Assembly: GCA_902622595.1 (NCBI GenBank)
Contig: CACNQM010000006.1
Coordinates: 22,399 to 86,398, forward strand
Length of the DNA stretch: 64,000 nt
Direction of reading: 5' to 3'
Source: an uncultured Bacteroidota bacterium
Lineage (GTDB): Bacteria > Bacteroidota > Bacteroidia > Flavobacteriales > Flavobacteriaceae
Shown: positions 58,711-64,000 of the stretch, piece after piece
Numbering within the stretch: position 1 is the first letter of the stretch
How the letters are laid out: the number at the start of each line of letters is the position of its first letter
The notes under the pieces: generated by a model
The model's input: the letters and a program-made list of their open reading frames with translations, nothing else
Told to the model about the DNA's origin: nothing
Databases searched by the model: none
Made by a program: the position numbers and the translations under genes

Positions 58711-60096
58711 ATTAATATTAAAAAGAAGTCTTTATATATTGAAACATATGGTTGTCAGATGAATTTTGCTGATAGCGAAGTAGTTGCATCAATTCTTAAG
58801 AAAGATGGTTATGAACTTACTGATATGGCAAAAGATGCTAATCTTGTATTACTGAATACTTGTTCTATAAGAGATAAAGCTGAGCAAACTGTAAGAAATA
58901 AGCTAAAAAATTTTAATTCACAGAAAAAAGAGAATAAAGATCTTAAAGTTGGCTTATTAGGGTGTATGGCGGAAAGACTCAAAGAAAAACTTCTTGATGA
59001 AGAAAAAATTGTTGATTTAGTTGTTGGACCTGACTCATATAAAGATCTACCAAATCTATTAGACGAAGTAGAGCATAATCAAAGAGCAGTCAATGTGATT
59101 CTATCTAAATCTGAAACTTATGGTGATATTTCCCCTGTTAGAATTCACAATAATGGTATTAACGCATTTGTATCTATTACAAGAGGTTGTGATAATATGT
59201 GTACTTTTTGTGTTGTCCCTTTTACAAGAGGTAGAGAAAGAAGTAGAAACCCCGATAGCATTCTAAGAGAGATAAATGAGTTAAATGAAAAAGGTTACAA
59301 GGAGATTACCCTTCTAGGGCAAAACGTTGACAGCTACCTTTGGTATGGAGGGGGTCCAAAAAAAGATTTTAAAAAAGCCAGTGAATATCAAAAGCTAAAT
59401 GCAAAGAAATTCTCTGATTTATTGGAACTAGTTGCATCTAACTTCCCAGAAATCAGAATTAGATTCTCTACCTCTAATCCACAGGATATGACTACTGATG
59501 TTATAGAAACCATGGCCAAATATGAAAACATATGTAATTACATTCATTTACCAATCCAATCAGGAAGTGACAGAATTCTAAAAAAAATGAATAGATTACA
59601 TACTAGACAGGAATATCTTGAACTTATAAAAAAAATAAGAGAGATTATTCCAAATTGTGGAATCTCTCATGATATGATAACTGGGTTTCCAACTGAAACA
59701 GAAAGAGATCATCAAGATACATTATCACTTATGGAAGAGGTAGAATATGACTTTGGTTATATGTTTGCATATTCCGAAAGACCCGGAACTTATGCTGCAA
59801 GACATTTTAAAGATAATATTAGTCCAGAATTAAAACAAAGAAGACTTGAGGAAATTATTACTCTTCAACAAAAGCATAGCTTTGAGAGAAACAAAAGATT
59901 TATAAACAGTAAGTGTTCTGTCTTAATTGATAAATCTTCAAAAAAATCAGATGATCATTGGAGTGGAAGAACTAGTGAGAATAATGTTGTCGTATTTCCA
60001 AAATATGATTTGTCATTAGGAGATATAGTAGATGTTAAAATTAATGAGTGTACAACAGCGACATTGATTGGAGATATTTATAAAATTAAAGTATAA
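58711..60096 (+). CDS. miaB: tRNA-i6A37 methylthiotransferase
   Basis: Radical-SAM CDNMCTFCVVP, MTTase N-domain cysteines (NTCSIR, GCMAE) and a TRAM C-terminus. The first conserved motif IETYGCQMN lies upstream of the only ATG (58759), so the frame is drawn from the in-frame stop boundary. The true start codon is unresolved. Confidence 0.85.
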   Translation: MNIKKKSLYIETYGCQMNFADSEVVASILKKDGYELTDMAKDANLVLLNTCSIRDKAEQTVRNKLKNFNSQKKENKDLKVGLLGCMAERLKEKLLDEEKIVDLVVGPDSYKDLPNLLDEVEHNQRAVNVILSKSETYGDISPVRIHNNGINAFVSITRGCDNMCTFCVVPFTRGRERSRNPDSILREINELNEKGYKEITLLGQNVDSYLWYGGGPKKDFKKASEYQKLNAKKFSDLLELVASNFPEIRIRFSTSNPQDMTTDVIETMAKYENICNYIHLPIQSGSDRILKKMNRLHTRQEYLELIKKIREIIPNCGISHDMITGFPTETERDHQDTLSLMEEVEYDFGYMFAYSERPGTYAARHFKDNISPELKQRRLEEIITLQQKHSFERNKRFINSKCSVLIDKSSKKSDDHWSGRTSENNVVVFPKYDLSLGDIVDVKINECTTATLIGDIYKIKV

Positions 60097-61358
60097 TGGA
60101 ATCGATACTTGCAGTAAAACAGAGATTTGGAATTATTGGGGATGACCCCAAGCTAAATAGAGCAATTGAAAAGTCAATTCAAGTTGCTAATTCAGATATA
60201 TCGGTTTTAGTAACTGGTGAAAGTGGTGTTGGAAAAGAAAATATTCCAAAAATTATTCACCAATATTCCCACAGAAAACATTCAAAATACATAGCAGTTA
60301 ACTGTGGTGCAATTCCAGATGGAACAATTGACTCAGAGCTATTTGGCCACGAAAAAGGAGCATTTACTGGTGCAACAGCAAATAGAAGTGGTTATTTTGA
60401 AGTTGCAGATGGTGGTACAATTTTTTTAGATGAAGTAGGAGAGCTCCCACTAGCTACTCAAGTTAGACTTTTAAGAGTTTTAGAAAGTGGTGAATTTATT
60501 AAAGTTGGGTCCTCAAAGGTTGAAAAAACAAATGTTAGAATAGTTGCAGCTACTAATGTCAACATGGAAGAAGCCATAAAAAAAGGTAAATTCAGAGAAG
60601 ATTTATTTTACAGGTTAAGCACAATTATTATCAATATTCCTCCTCTTAGACAAAGAAAAGAAGACATTCCGATATTGTTTAGAAAGTTTGCATCTGATTT
60701 TGCCCAAAAGTATAATATGCCAACTCTTAGGTTAGATGAAACAGCTCAACAAATTTTATGTCAACAGGACTGGAAAGGTAACATAAGACAATTAAGGAAT
60801 ATTGCTGAACAAATGTCAATACTCGAAAAGGAAAGAAATTTAAATACTGAGACACTAAACCATTATTTACCTAATAAAATTTCCAAATTACCTGCTACTT
60901 TGGATGATATTAAAGAAGACAACTCCTCTTTTTCATCTGAAAGAGAAATCCTCTACAAAGTTTTATTTGATATGAAAAATGATTTAAATGATTTAAAGAA
61001 GCTCACTTTAGAGCTCATGCAAGGAGATAGTTCAAGTGAAGTAAAGGAGAAGAATCAAGGATTAATTGAAAAAATATATGGTGAAGATGAGTCTAAAACT
61101 GATTCAAATAATATGGATTTTAAATCAGATATAGATATTGAGGTAAATCCTAAGATTGACAATTCATTTGATTATGCCGAGACAATAGAAGAAGAAGAGA
61201 CACTATCTTTGCATGATAAAGAAGTTGAAATGATCAAACAAGCCTTAATAAGAACTAATGGTAGAAGAAAAAATGCTGCCAAGGAGCTTGGTATCTCTGA
61301 AAGAACACTTTATAGAAAAATTAAACAACATAATTTAGGGGATGTATCAGACTTATAG
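60096..61358 (+). CDS. sigma-54-interacting AAA+ transcriptional activator without an N-terminal sensor domain
   Basis: 420 aa. Walker A GESGVGKE near residue 40, GAFTGA loop, Walker B FLDEVGEL, a long acidic linker, and a Fis-type HTH AAKELGISERTLYRKIK. Confidence 0.88.
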   Translation: MESILAVKQRFGIIGDDPKLNRAIEKSIQVANSDISVLVTGESGVGKENIPKIIHQYSHRKHSKYIAVNCGAIPDGTIDSELFGHEKGAFTGATANRSGYFEVADGGTIFLDEVGELPLATQVRLLRVLESGEFIKVGSSKVEKTNVRIVAATNVNMEEAIKKGKFREDLFYRLSTIIINIPPLRQRKEDIPILFRKFASDFAQKYNMPTLRLDETAQQILCQQDWKGNIRQLRNIAEQMSILEKERNLNTETLNHYLPNKISKLPATLDDIKEDNSSFSSEREILYKVLFDMKNDLNDLKKLTLELMQGDSSSEVKEKNQGLIEKIYGEDESKTDSNNMDFKSDIDIEVNPKIDNSFDYAETIEEEETLSLHDKEVEMIKQALIRTNGRRKNAAKELGISERTLYRKIKQHNLGDVSDL

Positions 61359-61866
61359 ACAAATTATAATTGTAATAATTAGCTCATCAATCTCAATTTC
61401 TTGTGGGATATACAGTTTTACTGGATCATCAATTCCAGTTGGAGTTGAGACGTTTCAAGTAGATTATTTTGAGAATACTGCAGGTGGTAAACCTGGATCT
61501 ACAATCGAACCAGGACTTGATAGAGATTTTACAATTGCTTTACAGGATTTGATCGTTAATCAAACAAGCTTAAATCTTGTTAACGAAGGTGGGGATATTG
61601 TCTACAGTGGCGAAATTGTTGAATATAGTGTAACTCCAATGGCTGCAACTGCTGAAATAAAAGCAGCCCAAAATAGATTAACAATGGCTGTAATGGTTAG
61701 CTATGAAAATCTAAGAAATGAGGAAGACAACATTGAAAAAAGGTTTTCTTTTTATTATGATTTTCCAGGAAATCTTCAGGTTTATGATATTCGAGATTCT
61801 GCTCTGGAGGAAATTTTTGAAAGAATAACTCAAGATATTTTTAATGAAACTCTTGCAAAATGGTAG
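61342..61866 (+). CDS. LptE-like LPS-assembly lipoprotein
   Basis: 174 aa with lipobox SISC followed by GIYSFTG. It occupies the conserved position after the sigma-54 activator in Flavobacteriia (recalled synteny). Confidence 0.6.
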   Translation: MYQTYRQIIIVIISSSISISCGIYSFTGSSIPVGVETFQVDYFENTAGGKPGSTIEPGLDRDFTIALQDLIVNQTSLNLVNEGGDIVYSGEIVEYSVTPMAATAEIKAAQNRLTMAVMVSYENLRNEEDNIEKRFSFYYDFPGNLQVYDIRDSALEEIFERITQDIFNETLAKW

Positions 61867-62459
61867 ATAAGTCAAAAAATTCATTTTCTAACATAATTAA
61901 AGATTATAATCCAAGAGATGAGAAACAGGCTAATGAACTTAAGAAAATTTTAAATTCCTTTCCATATTTTCAGTCTGCCTCTGCTCATTATCTCAAAAGC
62001 CTAAAAGTTCAGGAAAAGGAGGCATACAAAGAGTTGCTTCCTAAAACCGCATTGCTCACAAGTAACAGGAAAGTTTTAAGAGATTGGCTCTTCAGTCTTG
62101 AAGAAGTTAATATTACCAATAACTCAAAAGCTGAAAAATATTCTTTCCTTGATTGGTTTGATATTATAAGTGATGAACCAACAGAAGTTGAAAAGAAGTT
62201 TGATTTGATTGATAAGTTTATTAAGAATTCACCCAAAATTGAAATTTCAAAAGATCAAAAATCAGATCCAAATTTAATAATAGAAACAAAAATAAAGGAT
62301 GAACTAATTACAGAAACGCTAGCAAAAATTTATGTTAATCAAAAAAAGTTTAATAAAGCTATTAAGGCTTATGAGATTTTAAGCTTGAAATATCCAAAAA
62401 AAAGTAGTTTCTTTGCAGACCAAATAATTGACATAAAAAAACTAAAAATTAAAGATTAA
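61860..62459 (+). CDS. conserved hypothetical protein with a C-terminal TPR-like helix pair
   Basis: 199 aa. C-terminal LAKIYVNQKKFNKAIKAYEILSLKYPKKSSFFADQI. It overlaps the lptE-like gene by 7 nt. Confidence 0.6.
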   Translation: MVDKSKNSFSNIIKDYNPRDEKQANELKKILNSFPYFQSASAHYLKSLKVQEKEAYKELLPKTALLTSNRKVLRDWLFSLEEVNITNNSKAEKYSFLDWFDIISDEPTEVEKKFDLIDKFIKNSPKIEISKDQKSDPNLIIETKIKDELITETLAKIYVNQKKFNKAIKAYEILSLKYPKKSSFFADQIIDIKKLKIKD

Positions 62460-62461
62460 TT

Positions 62462-62803
62462 ATGGGAACTTTTTGGATATTAGTATCGCTTATAATTTTT
62501 GTCTGTATTCTTCTTGTTCTAGTTGTAATGGTCCAAAATCCTAAAGGAGGTGGATTATCATCAACATTTGGAGGTGGACAGCAACAAATTGGTGGAGTAA
62601 AGAGTACTACAGATTTTCTTGATAGAAGTACTTGGGTGCTTGCAGCTATTATATTGATTTTAATATTAATTTCAAATGTAACTCTAATGAATGACACTGA
62701 AAATACAGATTCAATTCTTTTGGATGAATCAATTCCTGAGCAAACCATTCCAGAAATCCCTGAGCAAACTATTCCAGAAATCCCTTCTGACTTAGATCAA
62801 TAA
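62462..62803 (+). CDS. secG: preprotein translocase subunit SecG
   Basis: 113 aa. Two TM helices flank QNPKGGGLSSTFGG. Low-complexity C-terminal tail. Confidence 0.88.
   Translation: MGTFWILVSLIIFVCILLVLVVMVQNPKGGGLSSTFGGGQQQIGGVKSTTDFLDRSTWVLAAIILILILISNVTLMNDTENTDSILLDESIPEQTIPEIPEQTIPEIPSDLDQ
62735..62782 (+). repeat. tandem 24-nt duplication in the secG tail
   Basis: CCTGAGCAAAC(C/T)ATTCCAGAAATC occurs twice with one synonymous difference. It encodes PEQTIPEI twice. Confidence 0.9.
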
Positions 62804-62888
62804 AAATGTCATGATGTCATGGATTGAGCTTTTTTGACACAAATTGGAAGAATGGCATAGTTTATGAAAAGAATAAAATAAAATAAAA

Positions 62889-63167
62889 ATGAGTAAAATA
62901 AGTATTAAACCATTAGCAGACAGAGTTTTAGTTGAACCTTCAGAGGCAGAAACTAAAACATCTTCTGGTATTATAATACCTGACTCAGCTAAGGAAAAGC
63001 CACAAAGAGGTAAAATCGTAGCTGTAGGCCCAGGTACCAAAGAAAATCCCGTTACTTTAAAGGCGGGTGATATTGTCCTTTACGGTAAATATGCAGGTAC
63101 TGAGTTGCACCATAATGGTGTTGATTACTTAATTATGAAAGAGAATGATATTCTTGCAATTGTATAA
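62889..63167 (+). CDS. groES: co-chaperonin GroES
   Basis: 92 aa with [12 protein letters not shown] and the mobile loop [15 protein letters not shown]. Confidence 0.95.
   Translation: MSKISIKPLADRVLVEPSEAETKTSSGIIIPDSAKEKPQRGKIVAVGPGTKENPVTLKAGDIVLYGKYAGTELHHNGVDYLIMKENDILAIV

Positions 63168-64000
<833 letters not shown>

Overview
This 64-kb window is very AT-rich (roughly 30% GC by eye) and extremely gene-dense. It looks like chromosome from a Bacteroidota, Flavobacteriia-like organism, probably a streamlined lineage. The evidence for that placement is the SusC/SusD pair, the conserved miaB / sigma-54 activator / lptE-like / secG / groES / groEL string, and TAnnTTTG promoter boxes. I support about 58 protein genes, 2 tRNAs (Val-UAC and initiator Met-CAU), one likely gene remnant, a few intrinsic terminators and nine exact -7 promoter boxes.

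Most of the content is housekeeping:
- Core genes: lipA, lipB, lpxK, folC, lysS, alaS, era, der, topA, trxB, rnhB, anmK, miaB, secG and groESL.
- A glycerol / glycerophosphodiester operon: glpK-glpD-glpF-SDR-glpQ.
- One SusC/SusD locus.

I found no CRISPR array, IS element, transposase, integrase, phage gene or recognisable defence or toxin system. I cannot point to a convincing new system. The best candidates for undescribed biology are:
1. A family of three secreted ~230-aa paralogs with an internal duplication that I cannot place (13378..14073, 14151..14843, 22370..23065).
2. A SusC/SusD locus with no glycoside hydrolase, built instead from gamma-glutamyltransferase, an M20 peptidase, two SGNH esterases and a NagB-LmbE fusion (40361..52277).
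3. An arginase-fold protein that lacks several Mn ligands and is translationally coupled to topA.
4. A sensor-less sigma-54 activator coupled to an lptE-like gene.
5. miaB, whose conserved N-terminal cluster cysteine lies upstream of the only ATG, next to an apparent remnant of a large deleted gene.

All functional calls come from motifs read by eye. No database search was run.
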